A program made the translations under genes and the position numbers. The notes under the pieces were generated by a model that saw only the letters and a program-made list of their open reading frames with translations, was not told the origin of the DNA and searched no databases. A stretch of DNA of 49,304 nucleotides from Dehalococcoidia bacterium (GTDB taxonomy: Bacteria; Chloroflexota; Dehalococcoidia; Dehalococcoidales; Fen-1064), in NCBI GenBank assembly GCA_003162335.1, contig PMMG01000083.1, positions 184-49,487 on the forward strand. Direction: 5' to 3'. This document shows, in pieces, positions 28,645 through 39,202 of this stretch; within the stretch, counting starts at the first letter, position 1, and each line of letters starts with the position of its first letter.

Positions 28645-29505
28645 TCAGAGTAAAATGCGCGAATAAAATTCCGGCATTCCCTTGATACCAGGACTCAGGC
28701 GGAACAACGCTCCCGCGCGCGGGCCGTTTTTTGTCTTGCCGCCGCGGCTTGCCGTTGTGACGTACATATCGGTGAGAGTATCGCCGCCGAACGTAACGCT
28801 CGATACTTTACTGGCAGGAAAACGAATACGCTGCTCCTCGATGCCTTGCGGTGAATATCGGACCAGCGACCAGCCGTCCCACCGGGCCGACCAGATATGT
28901 CCTGCCGCGTCTACGGTCATACCGTCTGGAACGCCTTCTTCGGCAACAGATAATTTGAGAAATACCCGCTGATTGGCTAATGCTCCGGTTTCCCGGTTGT
29001 AATCGAAGATGTAGATTGTTTTTGCAACCGAATCGGTGTAATACATCTGCTTGCGGTCGAGCGTGAAACCCATACCGTTGGAACAGCCGATATTATAGAG
29101 AATCTTGTGTATCGAACCGTCGGTATCCAGACAGTAAAGCCTGCCCGGGATACCTTTATCCGAGTAAGTGCCGCAGAAGACACGGCCTTCCGGGTCCGCG
29201 ATCACATCATTAAAACGCAATTTACGTTCCTCCGGAATTTCTTTAATGACACTGGTAATTTTCCCATTACGCCAGAGAACCACCTCTCCTTTTGTGCGGA
29301 AAAGGAGCAGCGCGCCGTCTTGCTGAATAGTGAATCCGCCCACAGGTATATCTTCATAACACATTTCGGATTTGCGAGTCGCGGGGTCGAAACGGAATAT
29401 CCGGCCTCTATCGATGTCGACCCAATACAGCTTCTTTTCTTGGGGGTGCCAGAGTGGGTTTTCTCCACATTCGTCCTGATAATCCGCGATCAATTCCGGT
29501 TCCAT
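28645..29505 (-). CDS. SMP-30/gluconolactonase/LRE-like beta-propeller hydrolase.
   Basis: CGENPLWHP...LYWVDI...RIFRFD and later repeats are typical of the SGL family. An AAGGAG RBS is present. Confidence 0.7.
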   Translation of the reverse strand: MEPELIADYQDECGENPLWHPQEKKLYWVDIDRGRIFRFDPATRKSEMCYEDIPVGGFTIQQDGALLLFRTKGEVVLWRNGKITSVIKEIPEERKLRFNDVIADPEGRVFCGTYSDKGIPGRLYCLDTDGSIHKILYNIGCSNGMGFTLDRKQMYYTDSVAKTIYIFDYNRETGALANQRVFLKLSVAEEGVPDGMTVDAAGHIWSARWDGWSLVRYSPQGIEEQRIRFPASKVSSVTFGGDTLTDMYVTTASRGGKTKNGPRAGALFRLSPGIKGMPEFYSRILL

Positions 29506-29530
29506 CGGGAGGCTCCTTCACACTGATTTA

Positions 29531-29572
29531 AATCGGGTAATAAAAAAGCCCCGCAGATTTCAGTCCGCGGGG
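29531..29572 (-). terminator. Rho-independent terminator after the permease gene (minus strand).
   Basis: On the minus strand: AAAAGCCCCGCGGACTGAAATCTGCGGGGCTTTTTTATT. Confidence 0.7.
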
Positions 29573-29588
29573 CTTTTGCTTAATTATA

Positions 29589-30824
29589 TTATTCCGTGCG
29601 CAGGGCTTTGATTGGTTCCAGGCGGGAGGCATTCCAGGCCGGGTAAAATCCGAAGAAAAGTCCGATTCCCACGGACACGGAAACTGCCAGAATAATTGAG
29701 GAACTGGTAATGACTGTCGTAAAAAGCCCTGTACGGTTGATAATAAGCGCCCCGCCTACGCCAAAAATCACCCCGATAATGCCGCCGCTAAATGTCAAGA
29801 AAATGGCTTCGACGAGGAATTGACTCCAGATATCGCTTTCTTTAGCGCCTAACGCTTTGCGGATACCGATTTCGCGGGTTCTTTCCAATACCGAGACAAG
29901 CATGATGTTCATCACACCGATACCGCCGACCAGCAGTGAAATAGCGGCGATCGCACCCAGCAGCAGGGTCAATTGGCCGGTAATGGAGTTTACGCTGGCT
30001 AGTAATGCCTCAACTGAGGTAATCTGAAAATCAGCTTTGGTTGGATCGGTAATGGCGTGGCGGTCAAGTAGCAGCGCAGTAATATCATTGGTGACCTGGG
30101 TAGCATATTTCACGTCTGTTTCCATGATGCCGATTGTTCTCACGACATGGTCGCCGTTTTTCGTCAGTGATTGTCCGCCCAGTAATTGCAAAGTGGTGAA
30201 CGGCGTAATGATCGAGTTATCCGTCGAGCCTGCAATTGACTGGCCGCTGGATTGCATGACGCCGGTCACATTTAAAATATAGTTACCGGCCCGGATCTGT
30301 TGACCCAGAGGGTCTGAATCAGGGAAAAGCGTAGTGGCAACAGTGGCGCCGATGACGGCGATGCGGGCATTACTGTTATAATCGTCAGCGGTGATGAAAT
30401 CGCCTTCGGCCATTTTTACACCGTAAACAGTGGCATAATCCGGGGTCACACCGGTGACGGTGGCACGCATGTTCTGGTTACCTGCAATGGCCTGTACGGT
30501 AGTAGTGGATGAGGGGGCAACCGCCTGGACATTAGCAACATTGGCGGCAATCGCATTGGCGTCTTCCAGAGTTAAAGTATTTGCGCTGCCGAAGGCCGTG
30601 CGTACTCCGGATGTTTGTGTGAATCCCGGGCTGATGAAAAGGGTATTGGCGCCCAGACTGGAAATACGGGAAACAACTGACTCAGTGGTGCCTTTACCGA
30701 CGGCGAGCAAAATAATAACGGCGGTAACCCCGATAACAATGCCCAACATCGTCAAAAGACTGCGCAGTTTATGAGTAGAAATTCCTCCCCAGACCGCCCC
30801 CAGTAATCCAACTAGTTTCTTCAT
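29589..30824 (-). CDS. ABC transporter permease, FtsX/MacB-type.
   Basis: An N-terminal TM helix, a large periplasmic domain, and a C-terminal FtsX-like 3-TM bundle ending in ...NASRLEPIKALRTE. It overlaps the ATPase gene as ATGA. Confidence 0.85.
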   Translation of the reverse strand: MKKLVGLLGAVWGGISTHKLRSLLTMLGIVIGVTAVIILLAVGKGTTESVVSRISSLGANTLFISPGFTQTSGVRTAFGSANTLTLEDANAIAANVANVQAVAPSSTTTVQAIAGNQNMRATVTGVTPDYATVYGVKMAEGDFITADDYNSNARIAVIGATVATTLFPDSDPLGQQIRAGNYILNVTGVMQSSGQSIAGSTDNSIITPFTTLQLLGGQSLTKNGDHVVRTIGIMETDVKYATQVTNDITALLLDRHAITDPTKADFQITSVEALLASVNSITGQLTLLLGAIAAISLLVGGIGVMNIMLVSVLERTREIGIRKALGAKESDIWSQFLVEAIFLTFSGGIIGVIFGVGGALIINRTGLFTTVITSSSIILAVSVSVGIGLFFGFYPAWNASRLEPIKALRTE

Positions 30825-31507
30825 AAGTTTTCCTCCGCGATAATCTGACCATCCTTGATGTGGATGATCCGCTGGCAGCGGTGGGCAACGGTGGCATCAT
30901 GGGTGACAATAATTAAGGTAGTTCCCCTTTCGGCATGTAACGAAAGGAGAATTGACATTACTTCTTCGCCGGAACTGCTGTCCAGTTGGCCGGTCGGTTC
31001 GTCGCATAAAAAGAGCGCGGGGTCTTTGACAATGGCGCGGGCAATGGCCACACGCTGCTGTTCGCCGCCGGAAAGTTCCAGCGGACGGTGATGCAGACGT
31101 TTGTCTAGTCCAACCTTGCCGAGTGCTTCGATGGCGGCTTTCCGGTTAACCCCGCCGGCATAGGTCATCCCCAGTTCCACGTTAGCCAGCGCAGTAATGC
31201 GGGAAAGCAGGTTAAATGTCTGAAAAATAAACCCGATACTCTTTCCGCGTATTGCTGCCAGTTCGCTGCTTTTCAGACGGCTGACCTCTTTATCTTCGAA
31301 GTAATATTTCCCGGTGCTCGGTCTATCCAGGCAGCCGACAATATTCAGCATTGTGGTTTTACCGGAACCGGAGGCACCCATGATTGCTACCAGCTCGCCT
31401 TTCTTGACCTGCAGGTTGATACCTTTCAGCACCACCAGGTCGCGTTTGCCCATCTTATACGACTTGGTGATATTCTCAAGCGTAATCATGTTATTCGGGG
31501 CTATCAT
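30821..31507 (-). CDS. ABC transporter ATP-binding protein (MacB/LolD-like).
   Basis: Walker A (GASGSGKTT), ABC signature (LSGGEQQRVAIARA) and Walker B (LFLCDEPTGQLD). Confidence 0.9.
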   Translation of the reverse strand: MIAPNNMITLENITKSYKMGKRDLVVLKGINLQVKKGELVAIMGASGSGKTTMLNIVGCLDRPSTGKYYFEDKEVSRLKSSELAAIRGKSIGFIFQTFNLLSRITALANVELGMTYAGGVNRKAAIEALGKVGLDKRLHHRPLELSGGEQQRVAIARAIVKDPALFLCDEPTGQLDSSSGEEVMSILLSLHAERGTTLIIVTHDATVAHRCQRIIHIKDGQIIAEENL

Positions 31508-33333
31508 CTCAAAATGCCCCCTCCACCGATGCCCGGAATTCCGCCGGGCCGGCTCGTTGTAGTGGTAGTGCCGACAGAGAGACCGGTCTTGGTGATGAGT
31601 ATCGTTTCTCCGCCGTTTAATCCTGTAAGTATTTGAGTATTTTGATAGTCCTTTAAGCCTGTAGTGACTTCTGTTTGTGTCGGCGTGCCGCTGCTGGACT
31701 TAACCTGTACATAGCTTTTGCCGCTGACGACTTTAATCGCCTGGTTGGGGACCACGACTACGTTCACTGCTTGTTTTTCAATCAGATTTACGGTCAGAGA
31801 CAAGCCCTGGCGGAGTTGTGTAGCTGTGGCTGCGGCGGCGGCCTGTCTGGCGGCCTGCGCCTGCTGGAGTTGGGCAATCTGATCCGGTGTTAAACTACCT
31901 GTCCCGCCTGCACCCGGGGTGCCTGTGGGGAATGTTCCGGTGCCTGTTCTGCGGGTACCGGTGGTAGTAGTGGTCGTCCCTGATTGACTGGCTGGTGTTG
32001 TGGCCGCGGTAGTATCGGTCTGACCGGTCGCAGGTGTAGTGGTAGTTGTTCCCGTGCCGGTACCCGGTCCGGTGCCATTTCCAGCCCCGCCTCCTGTCCT
32101 TGTCCCTGTACCGGTTGCGGGTGCTACACCCAGAATGGTAGCGGTAACCGCGTAGTTCACAACGCCGGATTGTACCGTGGCTGTGGGGGAGATATCGGTA
32201 ACGCGGGCTGAAAGGGTGACACCGGGCAGCCCGGTGGCCGTCACAGTAGCCATCGTCCCGAGGCTGATATTCTGAATATCTGTTTCATTGACCAGCATAT
32301 TAGCTTCGAATTTGCTGGTATCAGCGATAACCATGGCGGTGGCGCCGGCTTTAATGGCGCCGGATGAGTTAACGCTCAAGCCGACCCCGGCCTGGACGTT
32401 AACGGTAGTAATTGCACCGTCGAAAGGTGCAACGATCTGAGTACTGGCGGCGTTGGCGGTGTTTAGATTGGTTTGTGCGGTGTTCACTGCCGTTTGTGCG
32501 GTTGCCACATCCTGCTGCGAGTTGGTGACGGATTGATTAGCGTTATCGACGGCAGCTTGATATCCCACCAGCGTATTCTGGTCCTGGGTAATTTTCAACT
32601 GATCCAGAGCTAATTGCGTCTGTGCTGCCGTGATCTGCAAAGCAGCTGTGGTGGTTAAAGTGGTGGCTGTGCTGTTTAAAACCTGTTTCAGGTTTAAGTT
32701 CGCTTGTGCCAAAACAACTTTAAGCTGGTTAATATAAGTGGTAAGGAATGAAGCCGAACCGTTATCGCCCTGTGCCTGGGCGACCTGCAGCGCAGCTTGT
32801 GCTGATTCCAAATTGTTCTGAGCCGAATCGACGGCGTTCTGCGCCGTTTGCACGGCCGTTAAGTTAGTAAGACTATTCTGGTCGGAGGCCAGCTTATTCT
32901 GGTCCGACTGGATATTAAGCTGTCCCTGGGTGATATTCAATTGGGCGGTGGTTACTGCCCGCTGGTTTGATGCCAGCGTACTTTGCGCGGTGGTCAGGGA
33001 GCGTTGCGAATTTTGTAACGCAGTGGTTAAGCTCTGTATGTAATTGTTCCAGGCAGTTGGGTCTAATGCGGCTAAAACCTGGCCTTTCTTGACCAGATCC
33101 CCGACTTTCACATTGACCGTGCCGACGTTACCATCGGCGGCGAAAGAAAGATTCTCATAATCCGCGTAATCCATCGAACCGGTGGACGTGATGGAAACGG
33201 TGACCGTGCCTTTGCCGACGGTCACTTCCGATGTTGTTGTTACAGGGGTTGTCGTTTTTTTTGCGCAACCGGCCGCAAGCACGCCTACCAGTGTTAATGC
33301 CATAATCAGACCGAGAATTTTCGGAATTTTCAT
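31504..33333 (-). CDS. Efflux-pump periplasmic adaptor (HlyD/MacA family) lipoprotein with a long coiled coil and a Gly/Thr-rich low-complexity insertion.
   Basis: A lipobox (LAAGC), a biotinyl-lipoyl-like segment (VKVGDLVKKGQVLAALD) and a long Gln/Ala/Thr coiled coil. A ~100-aa G/T/P-rich tract precedes the C-terminal membrane-proximal domain. Confidence 0.75.
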   Translation of the reverse strand: MKIPKILGLIMALTLVGVLAAGCAKKTTTPVTTTSEVTVGKGTVTVSITSTGSMDYADYENLSFAADGNVGTVNVKVGDLVKKGQVLAALDPTAWNNYIQSLTTALQNSQRSLTTAQSTLASNQRAVTTAQLNITQGQLNIQSDQNKLASDQNSLTNLTAVQTAQNAVDSAQNNLESAQAALQVAQAQGDNGSASFLTTYINQLKVVLAQANLNLKQVLNSTATTLTTTAALQITAAQTQLALDQLKITQDQNTLVGYQAAVDNANQSVTNSQQDVATAQTAVNTAQTNLNTANAASTQIVAPFDGAITTVNVQAGVGLSVNSSGAIKAGATAMVIADTSKFEANMLVNETDIQNISLGTMATVTATGLPGVTLSARVTDISPTATVQSGVVNYAVTATILGVAPATGTGTRTGGGAGNGTGPGTGTGTTTTTPATGQTDTTAATTPASQSGTTTTTTGTRRTGTGTFPTGTPGAGGTGSLTPDQIAQLQQAQAARQAAAAATATQLRQGLSLTVNLIEKQAVNVVVVPNQAIKVVSGKSYVQVKSSSGTPTQTEVTTGLKDYQNTQILTGLNGGETILITKTGLSVGTTTTTSRPGGIPGIGGGGILR

Positions 33334-33449
33334 ATGTACCTCACAAGTTTTCTTCTCAACTTATCTAACCAACGCTAATTATACTAAAGCAAAATGAACA
33401 GAACATGAACACTGAAATTAGTATAGCGAAAATATACTGAAAAGGAAAT

Positions 33450-33974
33450 CTACGTCTTTTTAATCACAGCTTCAATATCTATCCGGGCCTGCTTTAAGAC
33501 TTTTTGAATTTCTTTATATTGTTCGGGACGAAGGCGGCGCGGTGCCCGCCCTCCGCGCACAACGGTTCCGGCCAAATTACGTAATTCATCCAGCGTATCA
33601 CGAACATCAGGTTCCAGCTTATTGGCAAAAGGCATCTCGCCGGGAGCCGGAAAGACATTCTCCATATTTTCTTTGTTTTCAGCTAAATATAGCTTGCCTT
33701 CGGCGGTGATTTCATAAATTTTTTTATTTCCGGCGGTATGTGAAACAACATACCCCATTTCCTCCAGCATTTGCAGGGTAGGGTAGATCGCGCCCGGGCT
33801 GGGCGTATAGAACCCATCTCCACGGGATTCGATGCCTTTCATGATTTCATACCCGTGCTGGGGTTTTTCCTGCAGCATTTCTAAAATCACAAATTTAACC
33901 GCGCCGCGGGCAAAAAAAGGCGGCTGCATACCGCCGGGACTAAATCTATGCCACATGTTTTCTCTCCATTTCAA
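33450..33974 (-). CDS. PadR-family transcriptional regulator.
   Basis: A winged-HTH PadR signature (KPQHGYEIMKGIE...SPGAIYPTLQMLEEMGYV). It is the first gene of the efflux operon. Confidence 0.8.
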   Translation of the reverse strand: MKWRENMWHRFSPGGMQPPFFARGAVKFVILEMLQEKPQHGYEIMKGIESRGDGFYTPSPGAIYPTLQMLEEMGYVVSHTAGNKKIYEITAEGKLYLAENKENMENVFPAPGEMPFANKLEPDVRDTLDELRNLAGTVVRGGRAPRRLRPEQYKEIQKVLKQARIDIEAVIKKT

Positions 33975-33982
33975 TTGATAGC

Positions 33983-34020
33983 GATATATCTTTATAGTAT
34001 ATCTTTACGATATATCTTAT
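33983..34020. promoter_or_regulatory. Candidate PadR operator: three ~13-nt repeats of (G)ATATATCTT upstream of padR.
   Basis: GATATATCTTTATA / GTATATCTTTAC / GATATATCTTATTG. GATATATC is itself palindromic. The repeats lie 9-45 nt upstream of the padR start. Confidence 0.35.
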
Positions 34021-34229
34021 TGTAATATTTTGTCAAAGTGCCGATCGGATTTTCTCAGATATCGCAATGATTAAGTCCGAAGAAGACAATCGCGAATGGA
34101 TGATGCGGGAATTAAAATGAGTGTTCCGGTTAAATCAAGCCCGCTCGTAGTTGTGGTGGGGAATTTAATCGTGATAATATAATTCAGTAAACTATTGGTT
34201 AGTTGAAGAGAACACTGAAGGAATTATTG

Positions 34230-34388
34230 ATGAAAGTAACTACTAGAAAAATTTATTGCCCTAATTGTCTAAAACTGGTCATGGGCAGCGAAAAACTGGT
34301 TGATGACACCATCAAAGTAAGTTGCCCGATCTGCAAAGAGATTATCTGGGACTGGAACGGCACTTACTGGCACCAGGTCAGAAAATAG
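34230..34388 (+). CDS. Small zinc-ribbon protein.
   Basis: Two CxxC pairs (CPNC...CPIC). An AAGGAA SD lies 7 nt before the ATG at 34230; the track's TTG at 34203 has none. Confidence 0.4.
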   Translation: MKVTTRKIYCPNCLKLVMGSEKLVDDTIKVSCPICKEIIWDWNGTYWHQVRK

Positions 34389-34395
34389 CTTGACC

Positions 34396-35983
34396 CTAAA
34401 CCGGATAAACCGTATTGTTATAATTTGCAGTAATCCTGTCCGGATTCTCGCGGTAGTACCTTACCGCCCGCGGTAATGTGTTCAGGATGTCCTCTGCTGT
34501 CATTCCGTCGGGGCCGATCTTTTTAGCCGCCAGATCACCGGAAAGCCCGTGAATAAACACCCCGGCGCGCACTGCGTCTTCAATATTTAATCCCAGACAG
34601 AACATCGCCGCGATGGCGCCGTTTAAAACATCGCCGCTGCCGGCGGTGGCCATACCGGCCTTACCTTCGGTGTCACCTGAATTATTAATGAAAATCCGTC
34701 CGTCCGGGCAGCCGATCAACGAATGCGGACCTTTTAGTACGATATATGCCCTCATCATCTGGCAGGTAGCTTGCAGTACGCTTACCTTGTCTTTTTCGAT
34801 ATCATCTTTAGTCATGGCGGTCAACCGTGACATTTCACCCATATGCGGTGTTAAAACGGTTGGGGCTTGCCTTTTCCAGATAATCCCGGTATCGGCAGCG
34901 ATTGCCGTGAGTCCGTCGCCGTCGATCAATAAAGGTTTTTGAATCTCTTTTACCAATATCCTGACCAGTTCCTGCGTCTCTTTGTCCAGTGACAATCCCG
35001 GACCAAGGATGACCATTTTCATTCTTTCCGTCAGCTTCAGAAGAGTGTCTTTGTTGGCCAGCGCAATACTGCCGGAGGCTGTTTCCTGTTGCGGCTGGAT
35101 GACAAGTTCCCAGCTTTTCCTGGCGACCGATGGCGCCAGAGTTTTCGGACAAGCCAGATAGACGTAACCGCCGCCGGATTTCAGAAACGAATAGGCAGAA
35201 GCGTGCGGCGCCCAGTAGTAATTAGCTGCTCCGGCGATGACCAGCACCGGACCGTAATCCATTTTATTGGAATCAGCCTGCCTTTCCGGCAGACGCAGCG
35301 GTTCGGCTATCTCAACTTTTAATTCTGTAGATTCAAAAAGCGGGCCCGGGAAAGAGATGTGCGATACGAACAACTTGCCGCCGCGGCTGTAACCGGGATA
35401 GAGCAGGTTGCCCAGCTTGGGGAGCCCGAAGGTTATGGTGGCATCTGCTTGAATGGCGGCGCCCATTTCCCGTCCGTTATCGCCGTTGATACCTGATGGT
35501 ATATCCACTGCGAAGACCTTTTTCCCGCAGGCATTTACAGCCTTGATCACCTGACTGAATAACCCTTCGACGTCACGGTCCAGGCCGGTGCCGAGTAAAG
35601 CATCGATCACAGCATCAACCGCGGCTAAATCGCTTTTGATCTGCCGGGCAGAAGTGATAACTTTAACGGGGATGGGAAAGCGGTCAAGGATTTCCAGGTT
35701 CTTTTTTGCAGCAGCATGATATATTTCCCTGGCCGCCAGCAGAAAGACGTTCACTGAGCCGCCGGCGGAATGGAGTTTTCTGGCAATGACAAAGCCGTCA
35801 CCGCCGTTATTACCGGATCCGCAGAGAATGGCAAAATTTTTACCTGCGATGCCGAATTCCTGCCGGATGACTTCATAAACTGCGCCGCCGGCATTTTCCA
35901 TCAGGATTTCCGGGGACAGACCGTATTCATCGGTGGCTTGCTTATCCATCCGCCGCAATTCTTCCGTGCGACATATCTTCATG
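34396..35983 (-). CDS. nnr: Bifunctional NAD(P)H-hydrate repair enzyme Nnr (epimerase plus ADP-dependent dehydratase).
   Basis: An N-terminal YjeF_N domain (ILCGSGNNGGDGFV) and a C-terminal carbohydrate-kinase-like domain (VLTPHMGEM...ATAGSGDVLNG). The start is taken at MKICRTEEL, which has an AAGGAGG SD 8 nt upstream, not at the track's 36033. Confidence 0.85.
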
Positions 35984-36191
35984 GCATCGTCCTCCTTTGG
36001 CACAGGGAAAGAGATTAATAAGTATTTTAGCACGGTTCAGCTAAGAGAAAATAAACAAATATCAATAACCAATATACAAATAAATCCGAAACGCCAAACT
36101 CGTTACATGGGTAAGATAATAGTAGAAATTTTCACTCTCCCTAATCCCTCGCTATTAAGGAGAGAGAAACAGTCCTGTTTTAGACGCACGA

Positions 36192-38849
36192 TCAGCTGGA
36201 GACAACGCGATCGCGGCCTTCCTGTTTGGCTTTATAGAGAGCGGTATCTGCCACGCGCAGCAGTTCGTCCATTCTGGTGCCGTTATCCGGATAGGCGGCG
36301 ACGCCCATGGACATGGTAATGGTGCCGAGGATCTGTCCCTGGAAAACCATCTCCATCTTCTTGATCTCCTCGCGTAAACTATCGGCGCGTTTGATCGTAT
36401 CGGTCAGTGAGGTTTCGGGGAGAATGATCAGGAATTCTTCGCCGCCGTAACGGCAGGCGATATCCGAACCGCGGAACTTATCGTTGAAGAGTTTGCCGAT
36501 CTGGCTGATAATTTTGTCGCCCGCAGCATGACCGTAAACATCATTGAATTTCTTGAAATGGTCGAGGTCGCCCATGATAATGCCGATGGGGGTGTTTTTC
36601 CGCACGGCGCGGGTAATTTCACGCAGCAGTGATTCTTCCATAAAACGCCGGTTGTATAACCCGGTCTGGGGGTCTTGAATCGATTGCCGGGAGAGGCTTT
36701 CGCTCAGTTTCACATTGGCGATGGAGAGCGAGAGGTATTCAGATAAAGTTGTAGCCATTTGCCGCAGATCGGCGATTTCCTGAATTCCCGAACCGTTGGT
36801 GCTGAAGGCATTCTTGAGGTGGAGTAGACCCAGAATGTCGCCTTTGGCCATTAACGGTAAACAGACATAAGGCGCCGGAGGGGTGTTAATCAGGTGCGGG
36901 CAAATCGGCCCGATTTTAGGATCCTCCACGACATGCGCCCGTCCGCGTCTTAATCCCCAGCAGGCGTCCGGCGGGAAGACATTATTCTCAGGGCTGGCCG
37001 GGAAATTGCCCCAGGTCACGACTGATTCCAGGTCGGAGCGGGAATTACTTAGCAGGAACAATGCGCCTTGTGATGTCGGGAACAACTTTTTCATAAAACC
37101 CATGATGATGGGGGCGGTTTCTTCCATCTTTGAGCAAGCCTGCAGCATATCCCGCATTTCGGTCAGGATGGCGCTTTGCCTCTGTTGTTCTTCGAGTCGT
37201 TTCACGATCGAGGTCAGCTGCGCATTTGCTTGTTTTGTTTCCTGTTCCAGCCGTTTCATTTCGGTGATGTCCCTGCCGATGCCGAGGAAGTAGAGGAACT
37301 TGCCGTTAGCATTGAGCACAGAATTACCGGTGCCGTTATGCCAGCGCCATTCGCCTGAAGCATGACGGACGCGATATTCGGTGCCGCCGGGAGTCTGGTG
37401 TCCATCCACGATATTATGCCGGACGGCGGCTTGGACGTTTTTCACATCATCCGGATGGACGATCGATTGAAAAAGACGGCCGACGAGGTCCTCGGGATTA
37501 TAGCCGAGGATTTTTTTTGCGGAGGGCGAGACGTAGATGAAATTCCCGTCAGCATTGAGCGTAAAGATAATATCGATGCTGTTTTCTACGATTAACCGGT
37601 ATTTCGCTTCGCTCTCATGCTGCGCTTCTTCGGCCAGTTTACGCTCGGTGATATCGTTATACAGGGTTTGGTTTTGCTGCTTGCCGTCCCAGAAAACCTG
37701 CTTCATGGAAACATCCAGGTGTCTAACCATACCGTCTTTGCGGATGATATCGATGTCCACCTGTTTGGGCATTGGTTCGCCGCGCAACAGTTTTTCATGC
37801 CTCTCGACCCAGGCAGCATGATCTTCTGGAGCGTAATGTTCCGGCGGGGGGCTTGCTTTTATTTCATCCATGTTTTTATAGCCGAATATATCCATGAATG
37901 ATTGGTTTACATAACGGGTGTTATCACGATTATCGGAGATACGGATCCCGATTGACGAACTGTCCATGGAACTGCGGAAGTTTTGTTCCGAAAGTTTCAA
38001 TGCGTCTTCCGCCCGCGTCCGTTCGGTGGCGTCAGTAAAGAAACCGATGTTGCAGGCTCTGCCGTCGATAACGGCTTTGGTTGCGCTGATATCTGCGTAA
38101 ATCACTGTACCGTCTTTCTTCAAACAGGGGAGGGTTATCATGAACTTTTCCCCTTTTGCTTGAGCGGTAAACTCTGCTTTGACTTGGTCAGACATATTTT
38201 TAGGATGAATCTCGGTGATATTCATGTTTATTAATTCATCCCGTGTATAGCCCAGCATTTTACAAATGGCCGGATTGGCGTATTTTTGTTGCTGGGTTTC
38301 GATATCGGCTATTAATATCCCGTTGGCCGCTGATTCAAACAGAGTTTTATATCTTTCTTCTGACAGCTTTAATTCAGCTTCTGCATTCTTACGTTCGGTA
38401 ACATCACGGACAACTACCATGGTGGCAGTTTTGCCTTTGAAAACGATATTCTGCGCCCTGGTTTCCACGGGAATTTTCTTACCGCCAGCGGCTATGAGTT
38501 CTATTTCCAGTGCGTTGGGCTCTCCGTCGACAAGTTTCATATCGTAGTTTTCTTTTAATACCCGCTGGCCATCCGGAGTAACTATTTCCAGGAATTGTTT
38601 ACCGAGGATCTCATCCTCAGAATATCCCAACATCCTGAACATTTTCCGGTTGCAAAATTCAATGACGTGCGAATAAAGAATGACAATGCCGTCGGCGTTT
38701 TTTTCAATTAGCGAAAAATAATTTTCTTGCGCTGTTTTTAATGCGATCTCTACTTGCGTGAGTTCAGCGGCGCAATTATCAGGCATGCTTTGCCCCGTCT
38801 TGCCTGGTGTCTCGGCCGATTTTGTGCTGGATCTGGCGGGTTTCGTCAT
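36192..38849 (-). CDS. Sensor diguanylate cyclase: multi-PAS, GAF and GGDEF domains.
   Basis: Several PAS-like repeats (for example RDVTERKNAE, NDITERKLAE, GRDITEMKRLE), a GAF-like region and a C-terminal GGDEF (RYGGEEF) with RVADTALYKAK. Confidence 0.85.
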   Translation of the reverse strand: MTKPARSSTKSAETPGKTGQSMPDNCAAELTQVEIALKTAQENYFSLIEKNADGIVILYSHVIEFCNRKMFRMLGYSEDEILGKQFLEIVTPDGQRVLKENYDMKLVDGEPNALEIELIAAGGKKIPVETRAQNIVFKGKTATMVVVRDVTERKNAEAELKLSEERYKTLFESAANGILIADIETQQQKYANPAICKMLGYTRDELINMNITEIHPKNMSDQVKAEFTAQAKGEKFMITLPCLKKDGTVIYADISATKAVIDGRACNIGFFTDATERTRAEDALKLSEQNFRSSMDSSSIGIRISDNRDNTRYVNQSFMDIFGYKNMDEIKASPPPEHYAPEDHAAWVERHEKLLRGEPMPKQVDIDIIRKDGMVRHLDVSMKQVFWDGKQQNQTLYNDITERKLAEEAQHESEAKYRLIVENSIDIIFTLNADGNFIYVSPSAKKILGYNPEDLVGRLFQSIVHPDDVKNVQAAVRHNIVDGHQTPGGTEYRVRHASGEWRWHNGTGNSVLNANGKFLYFLGIGRDITEMKRLEQETKQANAQLTSIVKRLEEQQRQSAILTEMRDMLQACSKMEETAPIIMGFMKKLFPTSQGALFLLSNSRSDLESVVTWGNFPASPENNVFPPDACWGLRRGRAHVVEDPKIGPICPHLINTPPAPYVCLPLMAKGDILGLLHLKNAFSTNGSGIQEIADLRQMATTLSEYLSLSIANVKLSESLSRQSIQDPQTGLYNRRFMEESLLREITRAVRKNTPIGIIMGDLDHFKKFNDVYGHAAGDKIISQIGKLFNDKFRGSDIACRYGGEEFLIILPETSLTDTIKRADSLREEIKKMEMVFQGQILGTITMSMGVAAYPDNGTRMDELLRVADTALYKAKQEGRDRVVSS

Positions 38850-39202
38850 TTTCTCCTCCTTGAAAGGACCCTGAGCCGTCTATTTTCGCAATATTTTCCA
38901 GTTACTAACCCTGGTGATATTAATATAAACCGCGCTCCGGAATCCTGAAATGAGGGTGTACCATATTCATTAGTGTATTCATTAATTAAATTATACACGC
39001 ATTTTGGTATGGTAAGTTTATTACCGGCACATGTATTTGTCAAGTTGTTCGAGGGTGAATAAAACAAATCAGACAAAAGTACTATGCCCTGTAAAATCAT
39101 AATATCGAAATCCTTGTAAATATATGAATAGCAATGCAGAGGATTAGAAATGAAATGGGTTTTTCGGGTTGCGACCGGAAGGGGAAAAGCAAGACAATGC
39201 TC

